Below, in pieces: positions 1-14,700 of a stretch of 60,000 nucleotides of DNA (the stretch's first letter is position 1; each line of letters begins with the position of its first letter). A program made the position numbers and the translations under genes. This DNA is from Lytechinus pictus. Its lineage: Eukaryota. A model generated the notes under the pieces. The model was not told the origin of the DNA and did not search any database. It worked only from the letters and a program-made list of their open reading frames with translations. The stretch lies in the NCBI RefSeq assembly GCF_037042905.1, contig NC_087252.1:10852001-10912000 (forward strand), in the 5' to 3' direction.

Positions 1-36
1 TAATTGAAGATGGATATGTGCACATATGATACATAC

Positions 37-528
37 CAGCAGGGCAGTAGTGATATGCCGGGCAAGGCTTTGGGTCTGGAAACAAAGAGCTCTGGCAGTA
101 GTACCCAGCTTGGCATGCGATGCAAGAATCCCTTCCGGGTTCAGGCTGGTAGTTACCGACCCCACACGGCACCGGAGCTGGGCTACCCTCTGGACAATAG
201 TGACCCACTGGACATATGAACTCCTGAGGGGTCGGTGCAGTGATGGTCTCGTTGGCCGGGCAGTAGAATCCGGCCGTGCATTCACCCGTTGCATTGGTCT
301 TGCCTGGCGTGTCGCAGTAGTAGCCTCCCGGGCAGGGGAGGCAGTCGTCGACGGCCGCAGCGCCCTCTGTGTAGCGGATGGTTCCCGCTGGGCACTGCTC
401 AGGTGCGGGTGTGCCCTCGTCGCAGTAGTGACCCACGGGACAGAGACCATTTTCGGAGAACTCTGCTGTGGCCGTTGGAACCTGGTCGACGGCTCCACCC
501 TGGCAGTAGTAGCCTGCTGTACATGGTC
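37..528 (-). CDS. Cys-rich gene exon 64 (window numbering, transcription order)
   Basis: AG/GT bounded; GPCTAGYYCQGG...CPAYHYCPA. Confidence 0.9.
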
Positions 529-3500
529 CTGAAAATGTAAGAAGGATAAATGAAATTATGACTAAAACACAAAGTATGGTATTGTATTCATTTTCTGTTA
601 ATTGAAATCAAAATATGATACATATTTACACTTACAAAGAACATATCAGTAAAAAGACAGAGGAAATGTCCCACTCAGCTTTGATATCATACATACATTG
701 TATATCAAGGCTTTATTACTGAGGGGTCTATAGTAAAGTTTATGACTACTGTATATGCACAAGGTATATTCTTAACAGAATAGAATCAGTATTTGGCGGA
801 TACTGAGGCCCAATAGTAATCCTGTGATCATGATTATTACTATCATTATACAAATGCCACTCTTTGTTTTGGAATCAATTGTGACACGACAGCAAAAAAT
901 TTACAGAAATATATATCAAACTGGATTACTTTTCTCTGAATTGTTACCTCCATGTATTGCCAAAGGATAGATTTCATTTATAAAATGCCTTCATAACAAT
1001 CAAAACACATTTCCAAACTTCCTGATCAGGTTCCCAAAATATATAAATGCTAGAAATGTACCTGTTGGCCAGACGTTGCCATAGCCTGCACAGTATTGGC
1101 CAGACACACAGTACGGACATTCTTCCTCCGAAGTGATTCCTGTGATGTTATTAAATCGTCCAGGTGGGCACGGGATTGGTAGCTCCTCACCGAATACGCA
1201 GTAGTGGCCTGAAAAGAGTAATAAGTAAAAAAATAAGTAAGGAGTTGGCCTGATAGCTTGGTTGGTCTAGCAGAGATCTTGCAATCTGGTGACCTGAGTT
1301 TGATTCCCACTAATAAGAATTGTCAATTCACATGATTGCTTAAGCCTTTTTGGCCCAGTTGATAAGTCTCCAGACTTTGGACCAAAGGGTTGTGTGTTCA
1401 AATCCCAGCCATGGCATAATTTTCTTTCAGCAAGAAATCAATCCACATCGAGCTGCACTCGACCCAGAGATATGTAATATAGTGATCAAACATACAAGTT
1501 GTGCACGGAATATTATACTATCCTGATAGTGATTGTTATTTCTATAATACCTGATTTACAAGGCTCCCGGCACAGTCATCTTTAATATCTAATTAATCAA
1601 ATATCTAATAACCAAACACTCAAATTGTTGCCAATTAACAACAAGTAACATAGTGATTACTACACATACCTGATTTACAAGGCTCCGGCATGGTCATATT
1701 GGTGTAGAGACACATCAAGCCGTCAGGGCAAACTGTACAATTAGCCTGGCCCTCATTGGGTTGGTATGTTCCGATGGGGCAACCTAGCTCACTGGTCACA
1801 CCTGATGGACAGTAATGACCGGCCGGGCAGGGGTAGCCCATGCCGCTACCGCTGGCCGGAGAACCAGTGGTACTTCCGCCTGTACAGACGTAGCTGAAAG
1901 AAAGGCAAAACATTAAATGGTTTCATATGTGTGATGGATTCTTAACTCCAAAATATACCACACATTCAAGATGTATACTTTATGAATTGAATGATATCAA
2001 CACCTAAGCATCAACACAATCTGGTGACTTGTTGACCGTGATACACTATCATTATATCATCATGTTCTTACTGTCTTTCAGCTTTAGAATTTCCAAAGAA
2101 AACCTTTATAAGGTACCTAGTTAAAAGTCTGTGCCGCATGTTTTAGAAGGTTCCGCTCTACATGTAATGGCACTTTGCATCTTTTCTGCATCCGCATTGC
2201 TTGCGGGATCCCTGAGCAACATACGCGGATCTGATGCTTGACAAGGTACCTAAACCACTTTTAGAGAGCCACACAACATCCAAAAATACTAAAAATAAAT
2301 TTAAAGTCAAGTCTTACCCATCGTCACAGTCCGGTGCGTCGTTGACCCTGATAAACGCTTGAAGATTACAGTACTTTCCAAGAGGACATGGATCGCAGTC
2401 TGCTTCCTCGGTGACCCTGGTGTTGACAGAGAATGTCCCTGGAGGACAAGGCTCCGGATAGTCCGTTCCATTGGTACAGTAGTAACCCTTCGGGCAGACA
2501 TCATTGCCAGTGAAAGAACTGTTGTCAGGATCGACCTGAAGGGATTAAAAAAATGAAATATGCTTGAAAAATAATGACAAGATTATATTTAGTAGTAACC
2601 CTTGGGACAGACATCAATGCCAGTGAAAGAACTGTTGTTGGGATCAACCTGAAGGGAATTCAAAAGATGACATTTGTTTGAAAAAATGTACAAACTTAAA
2701 TACAGAACCAACTAGTTCATGACTTCTTCCAAACACATCATGTCAAAATCAATGTCATCTTCTAAACATAATTGTTTTCCAAGTTTTACATTAACATTGA
2801 CACACTTTCCGTTTATGGACAACCCTTAATTCTTCCCTAAACCATTAACAATAAGGCAAATAGCATTGGATTAGTATTTAATGAATGAAAATCTTAATTA
2901 CAACATACCATATCATCATAAGGTGTTGGGCTGAATGCTCCGCCAGTGCAATAATACCCTGCATAGCACTCGCCGGTTGGTGCCGACAACGCCGGCTCCT
3001 CGCAGTATGACCCAGCCGTGCACTGTACGCAGTCATCAAGCTCATCGTAACCATCGCTGTCTCCAAACGTACCCGCTGGGCAGGGATTAGTGGTGGATAA
3101 TCCAGTGCCAGGTGGGCAGAAGTACCCCCTTGGGCAGGTCTCAGGGGTGATGACAGGACCAGCTGTTGATTAAAAAAATAAATAAAGCTTTGAAAATTTT
3201 GAAATTTACAAAATTATGACAATCATCGATAAAATTGTTGAGAGTTTGAAATTGTTTGCACAAAGCCTAATGATAAAGGATAATAAAATAGTACACAGGT
3301 TGATATTCATACTGAGTGAATAAATTGCACTTAATATATTATATGCCTCTAAAAGCAAAACAAACCAAGTTTTGCTTGTTGTTACCGACTGAACCTAATG
3401 AAGAGTGTTTACTGTTCTTTTGTATTCAAATTTGAAAACTTATGTGCTGAACAACCTTGATGTTTTTCCTCTTTTTTTGGCAAACAATTTTTGTTCACAC

Positions 3501-6500
3501 CTAAGGTTATACAGATATGCATGCATCATTTCAAACAGACAGAGAGACAGAAAAGACAATGGTGATAACAAAAACTAAAACAATGCAAGAAAGAAATAAC
3601 ATATGTTCCTTACATTCTGTTGGGTCGCAGTAGTATCCACCGGGACACTGGTCACACGAGGGCTCCCTTGTATTGGCCTGGTAGGTTCCGTTCTCGCAGA
3701 GGATAGGGTCGTGTGATCCCCCTGGACAGTAGTGACCGGCCGGACACTCCAGACCGACGGGGTTGGAGGAGGTTTGACCACCGGGGCAGTAGTAACCGGG
3801 GTCACAGTCGGCATCGGGAAGAGCGTTGCCTTCACCTATGGTGTGGAGAGGTCAAATATTCATTTTGATTTAAAAAAAAAAAAAATTACATGTGGTATCC
3901 TTTATACAGCATTACAAAGGTGGTAAGACATACATGTACATGTAACACATTATAGGGAATTTGTTCATTTCATGATACAATCATGTAAGCTGTGCCCTTA
4001 CAGACCTTATACATATGAACTTATGATCTCAAAACACCCTCCATAAGAGGATATAGTGATGGGCGTAGGCTGAGTTGTCAGAGATGGGCCAGGTGCAGAT
4101 CAACAACGCATGCAATGCAATGGCTTCAGCTTCTACGATGGTGGTGCAATGACGTTAATGCATACATGTAAGATCTATATGAGTATATCAAATCAAATTA
4201 TAAAGCTCATAAAAATCGTACCTTCACAATACTGTCCAGCCGTACAGTTGAGGCAGTCAGCCAGCTCCAAGTTGCCCTCGGTATTACTGTACGTACCAGC
4301 CGGGCAACCGAATGGGACGCCCGTCCCCACTGGGCAGTAGTAGCCCCTTGGACAGGGGTACTGGTCAGGCTCGAAGCTTGTATGGTTGCAGTAGAAACCA
4401 GCAGAACAGTTACCTGTACAGGGATTTCGAAGTTGGTTATTATCATTCATTCCGTAATATGACAATAACAATACAAAAGAAATACAATACAATACAATAA
4501 GAAATCAGTAAAAAAAAATAGTAAAAATAGTTTGTAAGAACAAAAAAACCCCACTAAAATATAACAAATTTCTTGGGAGCTTAGTCGGTAGAACAGTGGT
4601 TTCGGGATCTAGTAGTGGATTTTTGATTATCATTAACAATTGGGCTTATGTTTCGAGACTACACTGCACAGAATGTTGCATTATGGGTGGCGAACCTGGC
4701 CAGATTTGAGAAGTTCTTAGAACTTGAGGTTCAGTAACCGGTTAAGGCTGGTGGTTTGTATCTGCTTTGAAGCAGATGATTGAATACTCACCAGTCGGCT
4801 CAGCCAGCCCTGGAGTCTCGCAGTACATGCCAGCGGGACAGTTGAGAGGTCTCGGTGACCCGCGAGGGCAGTAGTACCCCGGCCCACATAGCCCTCCTGT
4901 GCTGTTGATGTAATCTGGACACACGCAGTCAAACTGCGGGTGGCAGGTGTCGTCTGGATACTGGTAGCTACAAATGACAAAATAAAAAAGAAAAGGACAC
5001 AGCTGTGATAGCAGTACACTTTCAGGGCTTAAGAATCAATCAAAAATTTGAAGGGACAAGGTCATATTTTAATAGAGAACTTAAAGGAAAGGGAAGGTGG
5101 TGCTCACTTAGGGGCAGCCAAGGTCATTAAAAAGGGCATCAATAGTAAAATATAATTTTCAATGGGACACATGCACTGGATTTCCATAGGGCACCAAGTC
5201 CTAAGGCAAAAGGGCAATTATTTTGGGCCTTATAATTAAATAACAGGACTTAGGACCTACTAAAAGGAAAAAAATATATTCCATCACTCATCACCACCAC
5301 ACTCACCTACTGTTGACCAGAACACCAACATCGAATGGCCTCTTGGCGTAGGAGCCTCCTGTGCAATAGAACCCTTCGTCGCACCATCCGCTGGGGTAGT
5401 CCAAACCGGTCCCCTCGCAGTACATGCCCGGTGGGCAGTACATGCAGTCCGTCAAGTTCATTTGACCTGTGGGTAAAGGATACAAAGTGAATGAATGATC
5501 AACCCATATTTCATGAGAATAGCAAAAGGGCCCATAATCTGAAGTCCACTTTAACTTAGGCCAAAGTCCAATTCTGTGCTCAAATTATGGAAAGCCAAAT
5601 GCTCCAACTTGAATTTACATTATATGTTTCCTATCTTTACTTAGCTCTTTCCTCATGTTTTAATGATGGAGGGAGACTACTTCAGTAATTATTCCCAGTC
5701 AGTCGCGAATGACTTAAGTGTCAAATGAGCTGACAAATTGAACTTGTCCTGCTAGAGATACCTGTCACAATTGGCTATCCATAGTTAAACCACAACTTTA
5801 GACCAGAGTTTGAATTTAACTAGAGTTCAGAATGTGGGCCGCAGTCTTTAAAGGGTACAGGCTTAACCCTAAATAGACTGGGCTACTTCGATGCCTAAGA
5901 AGACTGGGGGGGGGGGCTGATTCAGCCCCCCCCTATGATCTCGGCCGTCGACCGCGTGATCGCGACGAAAATTGGCACGTGCATTACCCATGGCATAATC
6001 TCTAAGACTGTAGGATCAAATTCTCCGAAAAATCTCATAAATCATTAATTATGCTAATTTATGCGTAAAATCAAAGATTGCATGGCTCTAATTAACTAAA
6101 TAAGGCCTCTAAACTGCTAATTTTTTATTCACAGACTCTTTGAAGGATTCTGATTAAATGTACTTTAAAAAAAATTCAATATCACAATTCTTTTCTTATG
6201 TATTTTATTGTTTTTCAAATTTCTTATGTATTTCTATGTTTTTCGACTTTTTGTTTTTTAGTGTTTTTTCAATGGAAATCGTCTGCTACTTTATTTTGAC
6301 CATAAACAAGATGAAATTAATTGAGTTTGATTAGTAAAATTGAAAATAATGATACATTTATGAATTTTGGCTAAAAACACAAGTTGCATTGGATTTGAAC
6401 ACAAATTCACGTTTTTGAGCAATTTCGGGTCGACATGCACTTACAAAATGTTGCGTAATTTCGAAACCACGTACCCGGGCGTCGCAAATTTGGTCTCAAA

Positions 6501-8665
6501 AGTTGCGCAAGACTTGAAAGATAAAAGTCATGGAACGGCGCAGCGCCAGCTTTTCGCGTTACAGATTTATCGCGAAAAATGTAGAGGGGGGGGCTGAATC
6601 AGCCCCCCCCCAGTCTTTTTAGGGTTAATATGATAGCATTGAAACAAACTGGGCGATGAGGTAAGTAACTCCTCACCTGCAATGGCAATACAGTCCGGCA
6701 CTCCCCCCAAATTTACAAAAATTTGAGGTTTGTAGAAACTTGAATTATTCTATTAGGTTCATCTTACAATTGATCAACACTCCTTGGAAACATGGGATAG
6801 GAAAAAGATCTACATGCAATTTCACAGTACCTGTCACGTTGTTGTAGCGTCCAGTGGGGCAGGGGTATTGGTCACTATATTCAGTTCCATCTGGACAGTA
6901 GTGACCGACTGGACATTCCTGAGGTACAACAGTGGTATTCTCACAGTAAGAACCTGATGAAAATACCAAAGAAATTATAAGTTAAAAATATTTAACTTGA
7001 GCAGCTTTACATGTCAATAAGCAAGAAGAAGCATAATATGTGCACCAAAGTTACTTGCAAATCATCATCATCATCATCATAACCATATCCATCATAAGAA
7101 TTGCCATCATCCTCATCATCATCATCATCATCATCAAAAACACTACCACCACCGCCATCATCATCATCATCATCATCATCTTTTACCTGCTGGGCAAACA
7201 TCACAGCTAGCTCTCTGAGTATAGCCGCTGTAGAAACCAGCCAGACATGGAATGGGTGTAGCCGTTCCCGTTGGGCATTCGTGACCTGCGTAGCAACGAC
7301 CTCCGAATCCTGTATTGTTATTTCCATTTGGTGCTCTCACGTTCACACCTAGAACATAAGAAAGTAACTTTTATATTTTGAATGAATCTATTGACTTTTG
7401 TTCACTACCTAGACATATATGATAAATACCTGAAAAAGTGAAACATACATAATTGTATTATAGCTTTGAACTGGTGACCTTACCTACATGTACAGTACAG
7501 AAGAATTCTGGGTCACATTCAATAGAACAAGAATATTGGCATGGGTTAATTATTACATGATTGTATATACCTTTGAACTTTTGAAAATTGAACCTTTGAC
7601 TTTACTACTCTACAGAAGAATCACGGGCCACATTTATTATTTTAAAACACATGCATTTGAAATGACCATGCAGGCAAAAAAATGAAATACAGGAATGACT
7701 GTATTATTATGACTTTTGACCTTCCAACTTTGACCTTACCTATAGTGCAGAAGAATCCTGGGTCACATTCGTCTGCGGGGGAGTCTTGGCCTGGGCTCTC
7801 GCAGAAGTATCCACCTGGACAATCGGTACATTCGTTCTCCGCAGCCAATCCAGGCCCATCTCCAAAGGTTCCTAAAGATGGCAAAATCATACCATGGACA
7901 ACATTATATTTTAGGTGAATAAAAGCAGAGCTAGAGGTTAAAGAATGGTGCAATAAAGTTGTTCATGTTTAGATTAATAGATAAAACTGTTCATATGTAA
8001 ATTAATAATAACTTAAATAACAACAAAGTATTGGAAAGATGTATCCTTTCTTTTATCATTCTCTTAGCCATTCATGAATGCTTGAGCGCCTTGAATGCTT
8101 GAGTGCCTTGGCAGCCCAGCTAGAGCCAGGGTAATAATAATACATGTAGCAGGGCCCACTAGGAGAACAGTTTTCAGAACTGAAGTGGCTTCCCTGGGTA
8201 AATATACCTATATTATTGTTATTATTAAGTGTCTCAACTACTTTTTTATTTTCCTCATAACCTGACCTGTATACTCCACTGTAAAGGACCATTGTAAATA
8301 TAACAATATACCTTGCGGGCAGGGCTGTACATCGTATCCAGTACCAGTTGGGCAGAAGAAGCCTGCTGGGCAGGGGTCAGGCTCGGTTCCTCGCACACAC
8401 ATGTAGCCCTCGGGACAGATCAAACACTCGGACGCTCCTGTTTCGTTCATGTAGGTCGCATTGTTACATGGTAGGGGATAGCCAGTGCCTTCTGGACAGT
8501 AGTGACCGATTGGACAGATGTCACCGGTCACTCCATCTGTGAATCGAGAATGGATGGTGATGGAATTTTTGTAAGCATCATGGTCATCATGATCAACATT
8601 GTAAGTATGAACACTGTAATCATCATCATCATCACCATCACCATCATCATCACAATTATCATCAC

Positions 8666-8700
<35 letters not shown>

Positions 8701-11700
8701 CCGTCATCATCATCATCATCATCATCATCATCAATACCACCCCCACTATTCCATTACAATCTGGCATGACATCAATAATAGAAATAACTTTCACAACTAC
8801 AATCATAGTCACCACTACTATCACCATCATCACCACCACCACAAACCACTTACACTACAGAAATCCTTATCACTATTGCACAATACATGTGGCCATCAGC
8901 ATCATTTTCATCTGGACATCATCTCAGCACCATTACCATAAGGATCATCATCATCATAATCATCGTCATCATCACCATCATCACCATCATCACCAACGTC
9001 ACCATCATCACCAACTTCACCACCTTTCTACCACATAGAACGCTTACCTTGTGGGTTAGGGATGGAGGCATTTCCCATGCAGTAGAATCCTTCTATACAG
9101 GTGCCTGTGATGTTAGACTGCCCTTCATACTGGCAATAGTAGCCGGGATCGCATCCCACACAATCTTCTATGGTGTCTTTGCCTGTGCAAAAACAAAAGT
9201 AAGTTATGCAGACCCATAATTAAGTAATACTAGATGTTTTAAATAACCATTGGAAGGATTAGGAATATAAACTAGATTGGGTAATTGTGCAACACAATAA
9301 AGGAATTTCCATGGGTTAAAATATCTTTTTTAAAATATTGATTCAATACTTTTGTCTTAAAAAGTTGTAGCCGTTATGAATTTCATTCTACATTCCATTC
9401 ATATAAAGTGTTAATCATTGTAGTTACACTCATTATGTTACACTATTACAAACAACATAAACAACAACTATCATGTAACATCTCTTAGATTGTACAGATG
9501 AAATCAATTTTCAAGTACCGGTAAATTCAAGAAACCTTAGCTCTTCAACATTAAATAATACAAAAAATTTCTTATTACATTGGACTTCCATCCATTCATG
9601 AATTATGAAGATAAGTTTTGTTATTTCTTTCTCATCGCTAAGAGAAAGGATTTTTTTTAGGCTATCCTCACCCTTCATTTACAATCACAACTATCCCTAC
9701 CCCCGCAAAAAAAAAAACCCATGTAGGAAGAGTTTTATACAGACCTTCTTCAGGATTGTAAGTTCCCACTGGACATTGGATGGGTACCGGTGTGCCTGCG
9801 GGACAATAGCGGCCTATCGGACATAGGTACCCTGTACCGTTGGTCGGATTAGATCGGTCCGAGCCCAGCTCACAGTAGAACCCAGCCTGGCAATCGGCGT
9901 AGGGCTCAGACTGGCCAACGATGGGGCAGTAGGAGCCGGGATCGCAGAGAGGACATTCTTGTGCTGTCCGTAGACCGGTCTGGTTGCCATAGCGACCCTT
10001 TGGACAGTTCTCACCTGTTTTCAAACAATTGCAGTTAATGTCTTAAATTCTAAATGGAGAACCATGGTTTATAAAGATATAGGCCCGAATTCACAAAGGT
10101 CGACTAAAGTTATACCCGGGGTATAAAACGCGTCATTTGACGTCATTTTAATCCATGGACTAAAGTTAGCACCTAGGGGCTAACTTTTGCGATTCACAAA
10201 GGTGGACTAAAGTTATACCGGGGTATAAAACGCGTCATTTGACGTCACGATTTAGTCAGCTCTTTGGGGTGGACTAAATCGGTGGATTAAAGATAGTCCA
10301 CCGTTTTAACCAATCAGAGAGCAGCGTTGCGATTGCGGAAAAGTTTGCCGTAAGAAAAAAGTTTTTTGGACGGAGACGAGATTTGGTGTGATCGGCTTAT
10401 CTAAAGCTTAATATTTCACGACTTCAACCGAGATTGTAAGTAAATCACATAATTTTTTGGAGCTTAAATCATGACGGAGCCTTCAGTTCCATCAGTAAAT
10501 ATTATTGATAGCTTTAACTTTCCAAAAAGTATACTCGAAAACTTGAAATGGTATCTGAATCATTGTTATCGTCGCGTCTCTAAGGTGCTCAGTCCCAGCT
10601 ATGTACTTTTGTGTGCGTTCATATCTATGAGCAGTGCAGTGCGAGACGCAATTAGCGTACACTACACAGGCAAGGTAGGCGTGATTGAAAGGCCGATACT
10701 AGTTATGCCAGGCAGTGATTTTGAGTGATTCTCGATTTTGTGTGATTTTCATGAAATGTTTGTTGTCTACGATACCCCTGCCACTCCTCCTGGCTCTGCC
10801 AACACAATCTACTGTGCATCTAATTTTGTCTAAAGCAAGGCCAAGGCAAGGCCAGGACTCCTGGCAGGATAGCAGCAATACAAATAAAAAATTTTTTAAA
10901 CACTAACGTTACAAATACAGAGCCGGTATAGACATTCTACTCTGGGCTGGCTTTGCCTTGGCTAGGATAGATGGTCAAGCTATGAAGCTTACCTGGTAGC
11001 CATGTTAAAAATATTATAATAAGGGTCACCTCTAAGACTAAGTCTAAGGCTCATTCGTAGGATGAGTGGGCTAAGCCCTGATTAAATTATTTTTGGAAAT
11101 TTTTTTTAAAAAAGATTGGGTTCCACTCACCGCTGTTTACTCCAACAGCTATAAATGAGCTGATTTTACTTTTACTAAAACTAAGTTTTACTGACCTTCG
11201 GCATCGCATTTGCGATCACTTATAGATTTATGGTGTCGTCAAAACATTAAAAAATAATGGAAATCTTAGGCCTAATTAATAATTTGAGTACCGTAGATCT
11301 AACTGAGGTCTAACTTTGAAAATTCTCTCTTTTGGGGGTTATTTTCTCTACCCCACCCTCTTTGTTTCAAGTATTTTTTTTTCACAAGGTGTCCTTCCAA
11401 TGTTAAATTCACATGAGACCACAGACAAGTGCATTTGATCTTTAGTCCTCTACATTTGTAGTAGACCGATAAATAGGTTTATTTCTGTCAGGGATATGCT
11501 CCCCTGAGACTTCATGTGGCTCCGTAGCATCCCCTCCCACAAAAAAAAAAATCAGAAAATGTTGCAAGACTCCTCTGAAACAGCGGATTTTATCAATCTA
11601 CATTTGTAGCTGCTTTATTATTATTTTTTTTTTATACTTTGACATTGCAGTATGATTGATGAATAAATATTTTTTTATTATTTTTTTTTCTTCCATATCA

Positions 11701-14700
11701 GCAACAGACCATACATACTCGGCAGATTGTGATCAATCAAGACAAGGCAAACATGGCTCACAATTTTGAACTGCTGCGCCGTCTTGCAAGAGAGTGAGGT
11801 ATGCCTTATCAATTCATATTTTAAAAAAATTAAATGTCATTAAAATGGCCTTTTTGAATAAAATATTATTTCCGGGATTTGAATTCATCATGTAATTGTA
11901 AATGTATCATGTGACATGTATGTTACTTTTTCATTCTTGTCATAGTAATTGACAAAAAAGAAGAGGGGGGGACCTTGCTTGTGTGTTATTAACATATATA
12001 TTTGTCTACTGGTCACTAGCTTTTTTTTAAAGGCTTTTTGATCTCCAATTAATCCTGACATTTTGTTGAATATTTATTTAAAAGAGAGAAAGAAAACATT
12101 GTCAGTCTGATGAATGCCGGGGGGGGGGGAGTAAAAAAAAAGGTTTAATGAGACTTTGATGAAGATTCATGAAAATATGTTATTTGAAAGTCACTCGCAA
12201 GCAATAACCTCTATTTGTGTAAACAAAGTTCCATAAAATTAGTGCCTTGCCTTCATTATTAAAGCCAATTGAAAGTGATTCACTTAATCAGTTTTCATAG
12301 AAGCATCTCTAAGACGTGCATGGTTTTATCAATGATGATGATCAGCAACAATTGGCAGGTTTTTTTTTCTTCACTTTTACAAGTAGGTAAATAGAAAAGC
12401 TACTCATGTCAATTATAATTTTCATCCTATGTTTTTTATGGATTTCTGTATAATCTTTCACATTCTGTTCCTCATTTTAAACACTTTTGAATTAAATGAA
12501 ATTCAAAGAGTAAATTGCCCGTTCATGGTGACTCTTCAACACAATCTTTCAACTTCCATGCAGATTCAGCAACACATAGAAAGACCACAGCATGGATTAA
12601 GAGACAGGAAGAATCCATTTGAATACGAGGATGAACCTCTCAGAGTGGGGTACCAACAGAGAGGACCACACATTGCCTGTCATGTTACAGGTTTTGACAG
12701 GACTTTGTTTTTATGCCATTGGTGAGTTTTCATGTGCGAACTATAAAGCAGAAGGTAATGGGGGGGGGGGTCAAATTATGTTCTATGAAAGTGATTCTCC
12801 AGGCCAAAAATAATGAGATTTTGATAAAGAACAATTCGACTAGCAAAAACCATCAATATTGGATGGAGAATTATGAATTGATTCAGTTTTAAAGTTTTAA
12901 ATTACTTGGGGGAAACAGTTCTGTGTATCTCATATGCAATATTCATATCCCCACTTGTTCTCTAGTGATCTGAAATCATAATCATTAATTTTTTTCCTCC
13001 AGGAATGTAAAAATTGGGTTGACTGCTGATTATATATTTAAGATAGTTATTGCGAGTTCAGAATAATGTAAGGATCAAGGATTGGAAGTATCTAGTCATG
13101 AAAATTAAGTTTTATGTTTTGCTTAGCATGCAGATTTTCCATTGAGTAATTGTCGCCAGAGCAAATATCATGGAACCCTTGTACATTCATGTGTGGAAAA
13201 TGTGTGGATGTGACATCATCAGGCTACTTCTTCCATATTCATGATAACATGTACAGGTTTTACAGAAATAATTAATGCAAAACCTATTATTCATTATTAA
13301 TCATCCAAATTGTATGATTTTTGTTTCTGCTTTCAGCCAGGAGAACTAGTAACCCCTTACATGGGAGGGGGAGTGTTGGGGGTATTTCACAGAAAGGTTT
13401 TTTTCGGAATGAAACATGTAACCCTTTGGGTTGGAAATAGGTGGGGATTTTATTTTTCTCATTTCTTACAATGTAGCAACATTTTTTAATACAAATATGT
13501 CATATTCAAGTGGGAGATTATCATGAAGGATGATTTATAACCACCCAAAAAGAAATATTGGTATGTCATTTCAGCTAGAGAGATATTCTCCATTTTGCAT
13601 GGATAGTTATTGCAGTAGAGTTTTTTTTTAATGAATCTAAGAAAAATCTCTTTAAGCAGTTCCAGTGCATCATAAACATCAGGTCATAACAGAAGCACAA
13701 TGTTTGCAAACGTAAATGGTAAAGTATCAATTGGCTTTCATATCAATAAACCATTTACATAATATCACTTATCATTCGATAACTAAAGGTACCTTTTAGA
13801 AGATGCAAGCAGACGAAGCAACTATATCACAGTCATCCGTGTGCAGAATCATCAAAGATTTTTCTGAGGCAATAGCAAGGAGTAATAGTTAATGAAGTTT
13901 CCAATGACAAGAAATTCAAACCACCCATCGACAATTTGATGATTGCTACAGGTTTCCAAGAGTCATAGGTGCTATCGATTGGGGCCAATCCGGGCCATGT
14001 CTACATGTACATCAGGAGTCCTGATGGGGAACAAGCCCTGTACTTAGCAGGAAGAACAGGTCTTCTGTAAATGTATAGGTTGGTATATCAGTTTTCAATG
14101 TGATATTCTCTGTATTCAACACCTACTAGAGGTATGTGATAATGAAGAAAAAATATATTGGCCCCTACTACATGTCTTTTACTGTCTTTTATCAAGTTTC
14201 AATCTTGTTGTTGGTCAAATTTTTTTGTAATTTTAAACTTATGTGAAATAGGACAATTTTAAAGATTTCACTGAAGAAAAAAAATATAGATAATCTGCTA
14301 ACTTTCCTATTGCAGGAGAAATGAAAAATAGAAAAAATGCATTTTGCTTATTCAGGTAAAGGAGGTATCAATTGCTTGATCAATGAAGATATATTTCCAG
14401 AAAGAATACCGAAGAGAAAATTTTCTAATATTCATTTTGTTTTGATCCTTTTTGCAGGTATCCGTTGCTCCCCTCTATGATGAATTCCTGCCTGCATTCT
14501 GTTGTCAATAGAAAAGGACGGTGTGCTACGGGTATTAAGCATTCCATTGGATTATCTGTGCATGAAAGTGGACACTTGTGATAAAAATATGGTAGCTTGG
14601 TTGATAGGATGTATTCATGCATTCCGATTTATCATTAGTGATCAAATGACCATCTTGCTTTTTAAAAACCAAATTCACAACATTTTTCTTGTTTGACAAA

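Noticed and set aside
26..532. Plus-strand ORFs overlapping the exons throughout the window
   Set aside because: Antisense shadows of GC-rich minus-strand exons with no recognisable protein features
1240..1312. tRNA-like sequence (also ~4575-4620 and 56880-56952)
   Set aside because: Degenerate A/B boxes without a complete cloverleaf; better explained as SINE heads
6675..6705. Possible micro-exon ending GCAG|gtgag
   Set aside because: No pyrimidine-rich acceptor, and the flanking exons already join into a normal repeat (YNNVTG-QMNLTDC)
8502..9038. Poly-Ile/His/Met/Asp ORFs here and at 33512-33923, 43694-43988, 26051-26476 and 22356-22625
   Set aside because: Stop-free frames produced by intronic (ATC)n microsatellites
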